Of a DNA stretch of 64,000 nucleotides, positions 50,501 to 62,996 are shown piece by piece; positions within the stretch are counted from its first letter, which is position 1, and every line of letters begins with the position of its first letter. Location of the stretch: assembly GCA_002633005.1 (NCBI GenBank), contig NMRA01000202.1:620087-684086 (forward strand). Direction: 5' to 3'. The translations under genes and the position numbers were made by a program. The stretch is from Phoronis australis (Eukaryota; Animalia; Phoronida). The notes under the pieces were generated by a model. It saw only the letters and a list, made by a program, of their open reading frames with translations. It ran no database searches and was not told where the DNA came from.

Positions 50501-53500
50501 CACGGCAGTAAGAATAGACACAAGTTTGTTGTCGAATACGTAGTGTGCACATATTGGAAATGTTGAAAAGGCATCGTTTTCATAGACTGCTTTCACAGCG
50601 AGTGCAGAACATTTTTGATCTGAAACGTTTCATCAAGAGAGTACAATAAAATGCCTATTCTTGTGTGATGATTCGATGAGAGACGACGATAACGACACTG
50701 ATGAAACAGCATCACTGAATTTGATCAAACCAACCCTGCCAACCCAACCGCCCAATATTCGAGTACGTTGTTTGGTGAAGCATGATACTTTCTTTTAGCC
50801 TATTATGTGTATGCCCTCCAGACATTTTGTTTTTATTTTCAGTACGCACCGTCGTGTCCAAAGAAATACAAGTGCTTGTGTCGCCCACGTAAGTATTAAA
50901 AACTATTGAAAACGTGGAAAATAAAATTGTGTTTTAAAGATTTTGTACGTTTTTCAACCAACTTTACAAGAGACCAAAGATGCAAAACAAAGTCAAGCCA
51001 AAGAACCTATAGTAAAAAGTCGGAGGCACCTAGATTAAGATGGCACACGACCAGTTTCATTAGCGAAGAGGCAAGACAAAAAAGAACAAAGCTGATACAA
51101 TGACTGGGAATCAAAATTTCAGTGAAAAGACAAATCAGTAACATTTTGTCACAAGTGACGTCACGATGAATTAAAGCACAGTCAGGGTAATAGAACAGCC
51201 GCATTTCACGGTTACTCGCACTTAACGACATTTTTCATCTCTTTATCAACAACATGGCTATCACTGCAAGAAAATGCATGATTTTTTTAAAATGAACTGA
51301 CATTTATCCCATACTGAGCTCAGACTGCAGTAGCCTACTTAGTTTTACAGAGAGATTCAAATGCAAATTTTGCTAGTATTTTTGAAACAGAACAACAATA
51401 CCATACAGCTTTCGTGGCGAATATCACAAAGATTGAACGTATCTCTGCTCAGACTGAACCTGTAGTCTAACCAGCAGATTATCAACCAATATATTGCCAT
51501 GGTTTATTACCAGCGTGGCAAGTGGGTCACTGTTGTCTGCTTCGATACCCTATATTGTGAGAAATGAACACAGTCTAAAATTCCTGCTTTTGTTTACATT
51601 CAATGAAAAGTCTAGACTGCACCATGAGATACAATGTAAATTTGCCTAAAGTTCAAGTCTATTCGAGAGCTCTTTACAATGAGACCTGTTTGTAAAAATG
51701 CTTTCTATTCACGTATCCTGTCTAAAGTTATGTACGGCCTTATTCAGTAGTCTTTATTTTAACCAGAATCAAAAAAGCGGCTTTCAACCCAGACGGTGTG
51801 TGCTTTCTGAAAGTAGAAAGTCTGCAGAATTTGATTTTTGACTTTTTACGAACCTACCATGCAAAAAAGTACCACAAAACATCGGTGTCAATAGTATTTG
51901 GTCAAATTTTATTTCCTTGGTATAAACGTTTTTACAGTTTTCTGGAATACCATTTCCCATCGGTTTTGTGCACCCTTAGGCCCTGGATTATTTTCATGAA
52001 AATCATCAAAGTCCTATTTTGATATTCCCCTATGCAAAAGCTAAAACATTTTAAAAAGCAATTCCTGCATAAAGCATAGTTTATGAAAGTTTCCTCTGAA
52101 TCCGATCAGCCATTTCTGAGATAAGACGTTCCCAGCGAACAGTTAGCCAACTTGGGACATTTTTCTGGTGACTCCCTATGTAAAAATTGTTATACAACTG
52201 AATTGCGATTTCTGTTATTTCAATTCGTATATCGGTAACTTGACACAAAATATGATTTTGGTACTAGCTCAACAAATATGTTTATTTCGACTCGATTAAA
52301 TAGCGCTTTATTCAGACTTTTCACATCAGCCTGACGGCCGGGGGTTTCACGGCAGGAGCCGCGGCTAGTGTTAAATTCTTGACTAGTTATTCTGAATTTT
52401 TACAGAATGGGAGCAGTATAAATACTATGATCGATATAACCGGTTGAAAAGATATGGAGTAACTTGCTACCGAACTTTCAATCTGATCAAAACGTGGCAA
52501 GGAGCTAAAGCGTATTGCGAAAGGTAAGTCGGTCTAAACTTGTTCACCAGGGACTGAATTTGGGCTTAACAATACAGCATGATGGCTGCCGGGCATTCGC
52601 TAACCAGTACCTAGGAAAGACTGGCTCCTAGTCTTTGAACGCCTCACCCTTCAAGATGGAAGGCGTTTATCCCGAGGCGTACCCCAGGTCTTCGTGAATG
52701 GAGATATGCAAAAAAAATGCCGACGTGGTGGACGGAGCCGGTACTGTTTCCGGGAAACATGCGAAATTTTTATACATTGTGCCACCTAGTGTGGAATTAC
52801 TACTGAACTTGAAAAATTATGGTCACAAATTGAAGAGACCACGAAATAACGCAATCTACAAATATAAGAACGATTTAAAACGCAGCTCTTCATAGTAAAC
52901 TTTCTGCTGACTGAAGCATTTTTTCCGAACTTAGAACACAGTATAGGCCCTTATTTGCTATGAGAAATGGCTACTCCAGTCCGCTCATTCCCAGCTGGAC
53001 AGCTAGTCGTTTTTGAGATGTTAAGAAGTGAAAGGAAAAACTGACTCGGGATAGCAGCGTGTGCGATACGTTTCTGTAATCAACGAGAACTTTTTAACAC
53101 AGATTGTAGTCTGGATCAAGGAGTGTACTACACTCTCTGGTCAGGTCATAGACATCACACTGTAGCACCAGGAAGAGATCTCTTCCTGGTAGCACTGAAT
53201 AGTTAGGCTGGGGCCGCGGCCAATTTGCAGATATTGAAATCTAGGGGTAGGCTAGGTTTGGGGAAATTTTTAGTGAGCTATTGCATGTAGGCCAAGCGAA
53301 TGTGGTTGGTTTGTATTTGTAAATATGCTACGAATGAAAAAAGACAACTTGATCGGCTGTAGCTGCATTCCTTTTCAAGATGGCAGCCCCCTGTTGCAAC
53401 TGTGCATTGCTGGGTGGCGACTGAGAAATTGGCTGCTATTTCAGGTAGGCCTAGCTCTCAAACAAGCCAGCAAATCGTGAAGGATGCCGAAAGTTACTTT

Positions 53501-56500
53501 TCAAGTGTACTTCTTAAGTGCAAATAATTCGGAGATTTCAAAGTCTGCATATCCCAGTGCGTAGCATTAGAACCCCACACTGCAGACTTGCTGTCATTAT
53601 CAAAGCCTAGCAAAGATAGTAGACAAGAATACTAATCCATGGTCAGAGTACACTGGAACACCATTTAGGGCTGTTCTGTTTAAGCTGTTTTAGGAAGTTT
53701 CCAGATTTTTGCTCAAAGGTCTGCAATTTTTAATTGGGAATACAGAGTGTGTCCATGATTTTGCTGGCCAACTTGACGACTAAGTCATTTGTCTAACTAC
53801 TAGTAAGATTGTACGTCGTCTCACCAATAAAAAAAAACATTTCCCTTTCCGTGGAACAGGCACGTCTCCTGGTTGCAGATTTCGGCAACACCCTGCGAAT
53901 TTCCCCCATCCACCATCATTTGTGTTCTGGATCCGCCAGCACACTCTCCATCCACAACTAGCGCCACCTGGATCAATAAATACATCTCAGATCTCATTAC
54001 CTTTGCTGCTTTTGACAAATCCGTCAACACAGTCTGGTACTTGGATTAGGCTTCCTAGCTTCCAATCTGTTCTGCTAAGACTTCTAAGACTTAAGAGCCA
54101 ATTGTCACTTTTGGCAAATGGCTCGGCTGTATCGGGGTCTTCTCATATCGGCGCTCTCTGGTGCCAGGGAGTTGTACTATGATGCTTGTCTCAGTCACCT
54201 CAAAATCCAACTGCTGTCAGCTGGTTTATGAGCCACGATATTGCCCATCAATAGAACTGAATGCGAAGCTGAATGCTATCTATTTCTGGTCCGTGTGTAG
54301 ATGGCTGTCGATGAACAAGTTAGGCAAGCTAGCACATCAGCTAGCCTGCTGTGTCCACAGCGATGTATAATGCCTGCAACTGCTTGGTTTCTTTGAAGTG
54401 TTGCGGCACATTTTGAGACAAGCGAACTGGTCAAACTGCCCAATCTTGACCGGTGAAGGTGTAAGATTCGTTGGGCTTCACGCATATTGACTGATAGAGT
54501 TCAGTCTTCAGTTTTGTAGACAAAGGGAACATCTATCCATAAAGAACATTGATTAAACTTAAACTTGCAAAACTTGTCAGCAGCAGATTTTGTGACATGA
54601 TTTGTGCATCCTAGAGAAAAATGGCTAACTGCATCTCAACGTTAAACGATTTGTTCTCATTTCAGCTTTGGAGGTTATCTTGCTCAAGTGACTAGCTCGC
54701 AATACGAGTATTACTGGAAGTACTTTTCCTCCAGAAGTTACATTGGAACTAGGTACTCAGAATTTTGGCAAGGTAATTATAGTAAAAATTTATGTTGGTA
54801 CAATGCAGTTTACCTGATTTTCACATCAGTTTTAGACCGTAGATAGAACTGGGTCAAACTGAAAACGCAAACTTCAAACTGGCAGGAATAAGTCAAGTTA
54901 GTGGTACCAACTGTGTCTTCTTGTTAAAGTGCTCAATCTCTGGTTCACATGGTCCATTCTTAACTGTGATAACTCAGCTTATTAAAAACCATACAAAGTG
55001 TCCTAATGTGCCCCATTACATGAACAGTGTCCCAGTGTGCCCCATCACATGAACAGTGTCCCAGTGTGCCCCATCACATGAACAGTGTCGCAGTGTGCCC
55101 CACCACATGAACAATGTCCCAGTGTGCCCCATTACATGAACAGTGTCCCAGTGTGCCCCATTACATGAACAGTGTCCCAGTGTGCCCCATTACATGAACA
55201 AAACCAATGATTTTGTTAAGGCTGCATGGACTTTATTGTAAATTGCAATTTACTATTTTGTCAGAATGATAAGTTTTTGACTGGAAAGCTGAATTTTTTT
55301 GAAAAATTTTAAAACTCACTGTTGTATGAACCTTTACTTAGTTATTGTGTTGATTATGTGTGTCGTCCTGGCAGGTTGCCGGTGCAAAAGAAAGTACAAA
55401 GGGTGCAAGTATGCTCGTTCGTCAAAGTACCTCAGTGATTTCTCCATTACCTGGGATTATGATGGTGAGTGGTCATCGTTTGGCGGAGGTTGGTTGGTGG
55501 TTTTTGTACATGATTATTTTGCCTAAAAATGAATGGCTTAAAACATCTCTGGCAACTGGAAATACACGTGAAACTTTTTAAATAGCCAGTAGTTGTAGAA
55601 CCAATAATGAATTCAATTTTAGTAAAGGAACTAAAGACTCGGATATATATGTAGCAATGTTGTGTCCTCATGCGGCCGTGCTGAAGTCGGTCGTAATGCG
55701 GACACAACAAGTCCTTTATTCAGTTTCATTGTTTATGTATTGTCTGAAAAAGAGGTCAACAACTCAAGTCTGAACTAATGATATAACCTCACCTGAGTCA
55801 ATATCATCCAGTATTCTTGCTGGTGGCCACTAAGTTGCCAATACAGCAAAGTTGGCCATGTAAGGAGGTCTCTCGGATAGACATCTGCTAATAGCTGTTG
55901 TCTGTTTTGAGCTGGGCCAACTTATTCCCAATCTTGTTTGTACCATTCGATGGAGTGTTCCAAATAGAGTTGTACTTACTTGATGGTAATTTTACCATGT
56001 ACTCTTCTGTAAACAAACGTGAACTGTCAGTTTTTCTATCATCACAATGGTGATTGTTCAATTCCTAAATTGAAAATAGGCAGAATCTTACCAGTTTTGG
56101 AAAAGCAATTTCATCGTCAAAATTGTCTTTTTGTTTTTTCAAAGGCTTCTAGCGTAGTTGTGAATTTGCCTTTTCTTTCTGTGGTATTGGACTTATTAAT
56201 AATCCAGTATTATGGATGAAACGAACAGATTAAATTGCCAGCCATGTTGTCACTTAAATTTCAATTCATGATTGATTTTAATTTAGTTACTAATAGTATG
56301 TCTTTTCTGCACATTTTCACTTGTCCTCTACAGTGTGTCCTAAATGAATGAGGTGTTAGCGTACTCCCTTCCTCGCACCTCTTCATTTTTGTGTATTAGA
56401 ACTGATTGGTCCCTTGCAGGTGATGATGGTAAGGATGACGATCGCCAATGTGTCACTCTCAGGTACAGGTACCGCAAAAAGAAGCGCTACACCAAGTGGT

Positions 56501-59500
56501 ACCCTCGAAGATGTGGAACTGACCGGCGACCGTTCATCTGTGAGATGCCAGCAGTCCGATGCCGCTATAAGGATCCTTTCATATGTAACGACTACAAGAA
56601 ATGTATCAGAAAGAGTCAAAAATGTGACGGAGTGAGGCAGTGTGCTGACGGTTCTGATGAACTCAACTGTGGCTATCTCAGTAAGTTGTGGAGCAAGCGT
56701 GTGAGCCATTAAAAGGGCGATATCCATTTGACAACCACGGAAAACGCATTTTTGGGGCTGTTGTTGCATAGGATAGACTACTTGAAGTTATTAGCTTTGA
56801 CCAGAGCTTTAAAACGACAAATCAGTTGTTTTTGTAACTTAGTTACCAAACATTACTTGTGTTCATCAGTGTGAGATCTTTCGGTAGAATTACCAATGAT
56901 CAATTCTTTGCGTTGTCTGTCAAACATTGGTAGAAATCCATGCTGGTGACTTTTCTATCTCGTACTCAGGTGTCCTCCTGTTGTAGAGGTAGACAAAGCC
57001 ACTGTAGGATTGACTGTTGGGTGGGTTGGTCTGCTGACACACATCTGAGATGTGTCGGACAAATGAAGACAAATTTATTACACGTCGCTTAGCTTTCCAA
57101 ATTTTTTTCTACTCACCATGCCAGAGTAAAACTTCATTGGCATCAGAGTGCCAGATGGCAAACTAATCTGTAATGCAAGGTAGTGATTTCCATGGCAGCA
57201 GTGTACAGCTGTGGGGCAACTGCCTTTGGGCTCTCAGCATTATGGATAAATATCGTGGAAGGGGACGGTAGTGTGGTATTCTGAGAAGTGGCCATTGATG
57301 TGAAACGTCCTTTTTGTTTGCTCAACTCCTGGAAACATTTATGGCTGTGAAGGCCTTCAATGGTGGAAAAAATTGTCACGGCGTGGAAAGATTTGAGACA
57401 GATTTTGTATGTTTGAAACCTAGTTTATAGCTTGCCATTTAGTTAGTGAGTGAGTTATTAACTTAAACTACGCCGCAAAATTGTGGAGTTCTAAATCATG
57501 GTGTTGACAGTGATGCATTTGCTTACAGACTGCGGTGGCACGCTCACTGCTGAAACTGGAATGATTCAGTCGCCTTTTTATCCCAAGCGTTATCCGAACA
57601 ACTTGAATTGTGTATGGATTATCAAGGCTTCTGATGACGCTTACAAAATTGAACTGCAAGTAAGTAACTTATGCTCAGCACTCATGGTTCTGTGCTTCTC
57701 TCATCAATCCTTTGAGCTGAATGTTTCTCATCACATTACAAATTAACTTAAATAATTTTATCATTGACCCTTTTCATAATCGTAACTCAGTTGCTGTATT
57801 ACCCGGTGCAGCAAGCGAGTGTACATAAACATGATTTTGAATCTTACTTAACAAATTGATGAACATTTCGAGACCGTTCTTGTCCTCAGTTGCAGTTTTT
57901 CTCTTAGCTGTTTGTATGTTTCTGCCTTTGTCCTCTGGGAGACTAATACTTTAAATTGAGGCGGCTATCCATTGTACATGAATCTCTCATTAATGCTGCG
58001 TTCTACATCAACCACCATACAGGTGAGGTCCAGATACCCTGGCCATTGTCTGGACTTAATTTTGTTCAGCGATATCAGAAGATGTATTTCCATGTACAAC
58101 ACAGTTAATAGAGCATTGCGAGCAGGATCATAAAATGTAATAAACGACCCCGTCTATCAACGTTTAAAACTGCTTTTTGAAAAAAATATACAAATTTTCA
58201 AGAATTAATGATTCCACTAATATATAGAACATAAAAAAGTAACCGAAATCGGTGTGCGGATCATAAAAATTGCTTCAATCACTATAACTAAGTTTACATG
58301 CGTCAAAAATTAAATTGACTTCCGCTGCTTGACTGATGAGAAAAGCACTCCGCTCTCAATTACTTTCACCTGAATAGACTTGTGATATAAGCAGCACAAA
58401 AGATATGGAAATGAGGTGTCTGATCATGCTGGATAGATGAGTGAAACCAGTCGAGTTTACTCAATGTAAATGACAATTTCATGTTAGGCAGATTAGAAAA
58501 TAAATGAACATGCTGAGCAATGCATGCTTTCATTATCGAAAAATTTTTTTGCTCCTTGCTGTGTTATTGAGCGAAACGGTTTTCCATAATTTTTCTTTGT
58601 GTAATGGGTTTTGTGTGGTTACTAGATTTATTTAAGTACTTCTTCTAGTATGCAATCTTAGACAAGGATTTTTGTGAGTGTAGATACCGTTTATATTAGT
58701 TACGTACATGGCGTTATTTGTAATATCTAGCTTAGCTTAATGGGTTGCAGTCAAAATATTGTACTTTGTTCTGTCATTCAGTTGTAGAATGATTTTGATA
58801 AGAATTGATTATACATGTCTTTATTACCACCACATCATTTATTTAATGTTTTTGTTTCAGTTGCAAACTGACTACAAAATTGAACCGAAAAGATGCTCCT
58901 ACCGCAGAAGTTTGCTTTACCGTTACTATCGCTCTAGACTGTATTGCCCGAAAAAGTATGACTACCTTTACATCTCAAAATGTGGCGAGTCATATTGTCC
59001 GGCTACGATATCAGGGACGTACACTGTTGGAAAGCCGATCAGATTTACGAGTATTGGTACCAAGCTAGTCATCAAGTTCCGCACTGACCGGTCTTATGGC
59101 ACAAGGGGGTTCAAGGCAATATGGAAGACGGGTAAGAATATAAATTTTCTTGCAGTACATGACAACTCTATGACAACTTACATTTGGCCTGAGATGAATA
59201 ACCACAGTTTGACAATTCGAGAGATTTCATCTATTTTGCTACTGTCATTTTTCAAATGCATTCTTAAGGGCGGTTGTCGGCTCATGACTTCACTAACAAC
59301 TTAGAATCATGGGCTGGGTTCCATAATTATATAGAGGTAAGACTTTTACCAGTAAAGCCAGTGTGATATCTATCTAATGAAGTCTTGCATATTGTGCAAT
59401 CTTGCAATTTTCTTGAGTCTATGGCCAACAAGCCTGGCATTTTAGGTGGTCAGATTTACTTCATTGGGATCGGATGGCACATGCCTAGAGAATCCTTCTT

Positions 59501-60768
59501 GCAAAAATTTGCTAGAAGTCGACGTATTCAAAGTTGTTGCTTTTAATTATGGTGAGCCTAAGTGACAAGTATAGTACTGTTTTAAAAAACAGCATCAGTG
59601 CCACTAATTGAGTAAGTTTTGCCAAAGATATGAAATCTCCTAATTGTGCAACTGGGGTCTTCATCCTTACTTTGAGACGATCCATGGAGCCCTGTTGTTC
59701 TGAATCAGTGTATTGTTTGATCATATGAAAGTTTTAATGTTAACTGGAAGTCACCTTGCTTCATACTTAGTAGTGTAGCTTGGTGGTTACAATTGTATTG
59801 CCAGGAAAACTTAACTGATTATCCAGACTGATTCTTACATGACCTGCCCACAGGAAAGTAGGTCACTACCTCGTCGCATAGATATCAATAGATAGACATA
59901 TCCAAATAAGCTGAAATCCCTTGTGGTGATGGCTGAGCGCCAGTGAAATTGTCATGTGATAGTCTTTTTGGAAGTTAGTGTCATAGAAGTTGTTCATCAT
60001 AAAGGTAAATGATTGTAAAAGTTATGAAGAACCAAGACCTGTTTTTTTTACTTTACTAGCAAAATTACCTGGGAAGAAATAGTACTTTATTTGATTAATT
60101 TTTGACATGTAGTGCAATCGGTCTCAAAATGATGGTGGGTTGGAAATGGGATTCAGGCACAAAACACTAAGTGGTACTCATCTGGGGCTGGGGTCTCTTT
60201 ACTTGAGACTCGACTCAATAATTGAGCAATTGCATTTAAGTTCCTGTTTAAAACTTTAAGAATTATTAATAAGTACTTTGCTAGAAAGAAGACTTCTTTA
60301 AAACTACTGTTTTGTTACTAGTCATAACTTTTTTCTTGTGGAGGTTATGGTTCAAAATGGAGTTCCTCTGACGAAGATCACAGGCAATACTTTTGAGAAA
60401 TACATTCAAACCTGTAATGCAACCCACATGTGACTGCCAGAGCTTGAACTAAAGTCATGAAATGTGATTGCCTTGAATCTTAATTCTTCTTTATTCTGTA
60501 AAAACTGTGATTTGAGAAAACGTATCATATTTGTGCCTCCTGGATTCAAGTAAGTTGAGGAATTTTACTTTAAGTTTTTGGTCAGCAAAGCTGAAAAACT
60601 GGGATGGGCTTACTTAAGAAACACAACATAGAAACACATTAAACTATACGTGCATCTTCAGTTAGATGAACTGTAAGGTTGACAACAATTTTTTTGATGT
60701 AGTGTCTTTTTATTTGAATTTAATGTATTGGTCACGCGTTACTTGTCTTCTTTTTCTCAGTTCAGTGA
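47482..60768 (+). CDS. Secreted C-type lectin + LDLa + CUB domain protein, about 374 aa, 9 exons
   Basis: Signal peptide MAMRLRALLVILLFLAIACEA; CTLD motifs (CY..F..KTWQGAKAYCE..GGYLA, CV, W...C....PFICE); LDLa (CI.....CDG...C.DGSDE.NC); CUB (CGG...SPFYP..YPNNLNC.W.I, YDYL, FRTD.S...RGF.A.W). All junction phases agree. Confidence 0.85.
49299..50023. repeat. Three copies (+,-,+) of a structured motif of about 75-80 bp
   Basis: About 49299-49372 (+), 49769-49851 (-) and 49941-50023 (+); core tagctrgtgaaagtcctcgcgatgaggacgcaacgtcgytcarttgaaatg. Confidence 0.85.
50843..50888 (+). CDS. CTL-LDLa-CUB gene exon 2
   Basis: ttttcag|TAC (YAPSCPKKYKCLCRP) C|gtaagt. Confidence 0.78.
51723..52185 (+). mobile_element. 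Family A copy
   Basis: Left end taaagttatgtac; right arm gaaagtttcctctgaatccgatcagccatttctgagata; boundaries approximate. Confidence 0.6.
52406..52523 (+). CDS. CTL-LDLa-CUB gene exon 3 (start of lectin domain)
   Basis: ttacag|AATGG ... CYRTFNLIKTWQGAKAYCE AG|gtaagt. Confidence 0.88.
53162..53195. repeat. Perfect 20-bp palindrome between 7-bp direct repeats
   Basis: GTAGCAC CAGGAAGAGA TCTCTTCCTG GTAGCAC. Confidence 0.9.
54666..54772 (+). CDS. CTL-LDLa-CUB gene exon 4
   Basis: tttcag|CTTT (FGGYLAQVTS...SEFWQ) G|gtaatt. Confidence 0.88.
54998..55200 (+). repeat. 29-bp minisatellite, 7 copies
   Basis: gtgtcccagtgtgccccattacatgaaca, contiguous with no spacers. Confidence 0.95.
55375..55464 (+). 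CDS. CTL-LDLa-CUB gene exon 5
   Basis: ggcag|GTTGC (CRCKRKYKGCKYARSSKY...WDYD); donor either G|gtgagt at 55464 or the in-phase G|gttggt at 55488. Confidence 0.72.
56420..56680 (+). CDS. CTL-LDLa-CUB gene exon 6 (end of lectin domain + LDLa)
   Basis: ttgcag|GTGAT ... RPFICEMP ... CDGVRQCADGSDELNC ... A|gtaagt. Confidence 0.9.
57529..57659 (+). CDS. CTL-LDLa-CUB gene exon 7 (first half of CUB)
   Basis: ttacag|ACTGC (CGGTLTAETGMIQSPFYPKRYPNNLNCVWII) to CAA|gtaagt. Confidence 0.92.
58861..59131 (+). CDS. CTL-LDLa-CUB gene exon 8 (second half of CUB)
   Basis: tttcag|TTG ... YDYLYI ... KFRTDRSYGTRGFKAIWKT G|gtaaga. Confidence 0.9.
60761..60768 (+). CDS. Probable terminal coding exon (V-Q-stop)
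   Basis: Strong polypyrimidine acceptor cttgtcttctttttctcag|TT CAG TGA in the required phase 1. Confidence 0.6.
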
Positions 60769-61000
60769 TTAGGTTTTGACTGCTAGTAACCTGTGTTGAA
60801 TGTTTTCCTGAAGTTTGATTTATGGTAGTGTTGTTCATTGGATGTCAGCTGGTCAGGTTGTGACTAGTCGAAGTGTGTTATACAGGATATTTGAAGGGTT
60901 CATATCGGGGATGCCTGTAGTTGTGGCGACGTTTTTTGAGTGAAGTGAACAGGTGCAATTTCATAATGTGCTTAGTCCAGTTTGTCCTAGCAAATGGTTG

Positions 61001-61503
61001 TAAGGTTTATGTACGCCCTTACTGACAAGACTGTTCATTTAGCAAAATATCTAGACGGCTATAGTTTTTAACTCAATGTATTGTCTGAAAGTACAGTCTA
61101 GATTTTTTGACTTTTTACAAATCTTCTTTACTTGTTTAGTAAAATGTAAAAAGTGAATAGTATATGGATAGAAAAACCAACATGTCAATAAGGTGATCAA
61201 ATTTTATTGTCAAGGTGAGATATTAAAAATGCTGTTACATTTTTCTAAGATATCATTTCATTTTCATTTTATGCACCTTTTAAAGATTTTTCATGGAAGT
61301 TATGAAAGTCCTAAATTTCATAGTCCCTCGTGCAAAAGTGAAACATTCTAAAACCAACATTCCTTCTGAACAGAGTTTTTGAGACCAGTACATGTAGCAG
61401 AGCATCTGAAACTTTCATTTGATTCTGAATAGCCATCTTTGAGATATGATGTTCTGAAGCCGGCCAAATTTGGCCATTTTTATAGTGTCCTACACAAAGT
61501 TAA
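61001..61503 (+). mobile_element. Family A copy
   Basis: taaggtttatgtac ... gaaactttcatttgattctgaatagcc...ggccaaatttggcc...gtcctacacaaagttaa. Confidence 0.6.
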
Positions 61504-62969
61504 GACAAAATAATATGGCAGATTGACTCTTGCACTGTACAAGTACTTCACTGTAGAAATCCTGTTACAATTTTTTAAGTACGTTTTATCCCATGGTTCA
61601 TGTGCTTTAGAGTCAATTTTTATGACAACACTTTGAATTGTTATGTCTGCTTGTTATACTCTTTAAGAAGCACTAAACCTGGTGCCTTCTGTAAAAATCA
61701 CTTTTGGTGTAGGACACTTGGTGCTAAAACCCAGTGGCTCGTTCCAAGATTGATTTAAGTCCAAAACTTGTCTCAACTTCCAAGCTTTGGAACTTCCACA
61801 ACCGGTCAGTTAGTCAAAATTAAGACAAAACTTAACTCAAAAACTTCAGTCAAAATTAATATCTTATTCTTGAAACGGATGAGAGACAAATTTGTTTTAT
61901 CTTGGGATTGGGTGAAATTTAAGAGTGTCTTAGCTAAGTCACTTTACTTGGTATGGGTCCCTGGTCTTAACTCTGATTTTAGATGATGCCTGGTCTTGGC
62001 ATAAACTGAGAGTTCATTATTACTTGAGGTGAAGCTTGATAAGTTCACGGCAAGTCATTTTATATGATGTGTGCGATATCAAGCACTACTGAACTGTATG
62101 TTCAGCCATAGCTCAGAACTTACCAGTTTTGTAATGGAAAGTAGGCTTAACCAAAAGTTGCTTTTTTGACAGCCAAAAGTAGGTTAAAAGCCACATTAAT
62201 AAGTACTAGTAGTGCTAATTCACTTAATGTGTTTCCCCACAACTGGCAGTTGGACTATGTATGAATGGAGAGTTGTGCATAATTGGCAAATGTGTGTGGG
62301 AATTTAGGCTTACTGAATGCTTTATAATTTTTTATGAGTATGATCTTTTCAATTTTTAACATGCTAGTGTGTCGAATTTTTGTTTTGACGACAGACTACA
62401 TAGCTGTCAGGTTATTAGTTAGTGTCTGTCATATTTTCTTGTTTCAAATGTTGCACGTGATTTTACGTTGTAGTATCTCAGTTAACCTTTAGTCTGTTGT
62501 ACAGTTGAACATTCATGTCATGCTTAAGTTTCATTTATTGTGTTTGTTTTTAACAGAAGTTGTAGAGTGTGTGTCATTAGTACAACCCTAGTCGAGTTTA
62601 TTGTTTTCTGAAAACATTTGGAAGTTGCTTACTGTTTTAATGCAAGCTTAAGCAACTACAAAATGTGTTTCTTTACTTCCTATATTTCAGCCTTCCTGCA
62701 AAATTGGCACACCACTAATGTATTGTGCCAGCCAGTTAGTGCACTTATTTCGAACGGTGTCGGTAACCCTGGTTTATGATAAACCCCAATGTTGTTNAAA
62801 GATTGTAATTTAACAACAGAGTATGATAGCAATGCACCACAGTTTTGTAGAAAGTCTGTCATAGGATACACATACGTCACAGCGCATAAATTTGATGAAT
62901 CCTAGCTTCCGATTTCACCCGTTTCGGAGACCGGGTTTTAACCGCCGTAGGCTACAAAAAGCGTCTCCG

Positions 62970-62996
62970 TGGGCGCTTATTAGGGCGAATACGGTA
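62970..62996. mobile_element. Lone right end of a pogo/Tc2-like element related to 39402-41206
   Basis: TGGGCGCTTATTAGGGCGAATACGG|ta; the left end was not found (there is an N at 62797). Confidence 0.5.

Noticed and set aside
54998-55200. 29-bp repeats as a possible CRISPR array
   Set aside because: Units are contiguous with no unique spacers, no cas genes are present, and they sit in a eukaryotic intron. It is a minisatellite.
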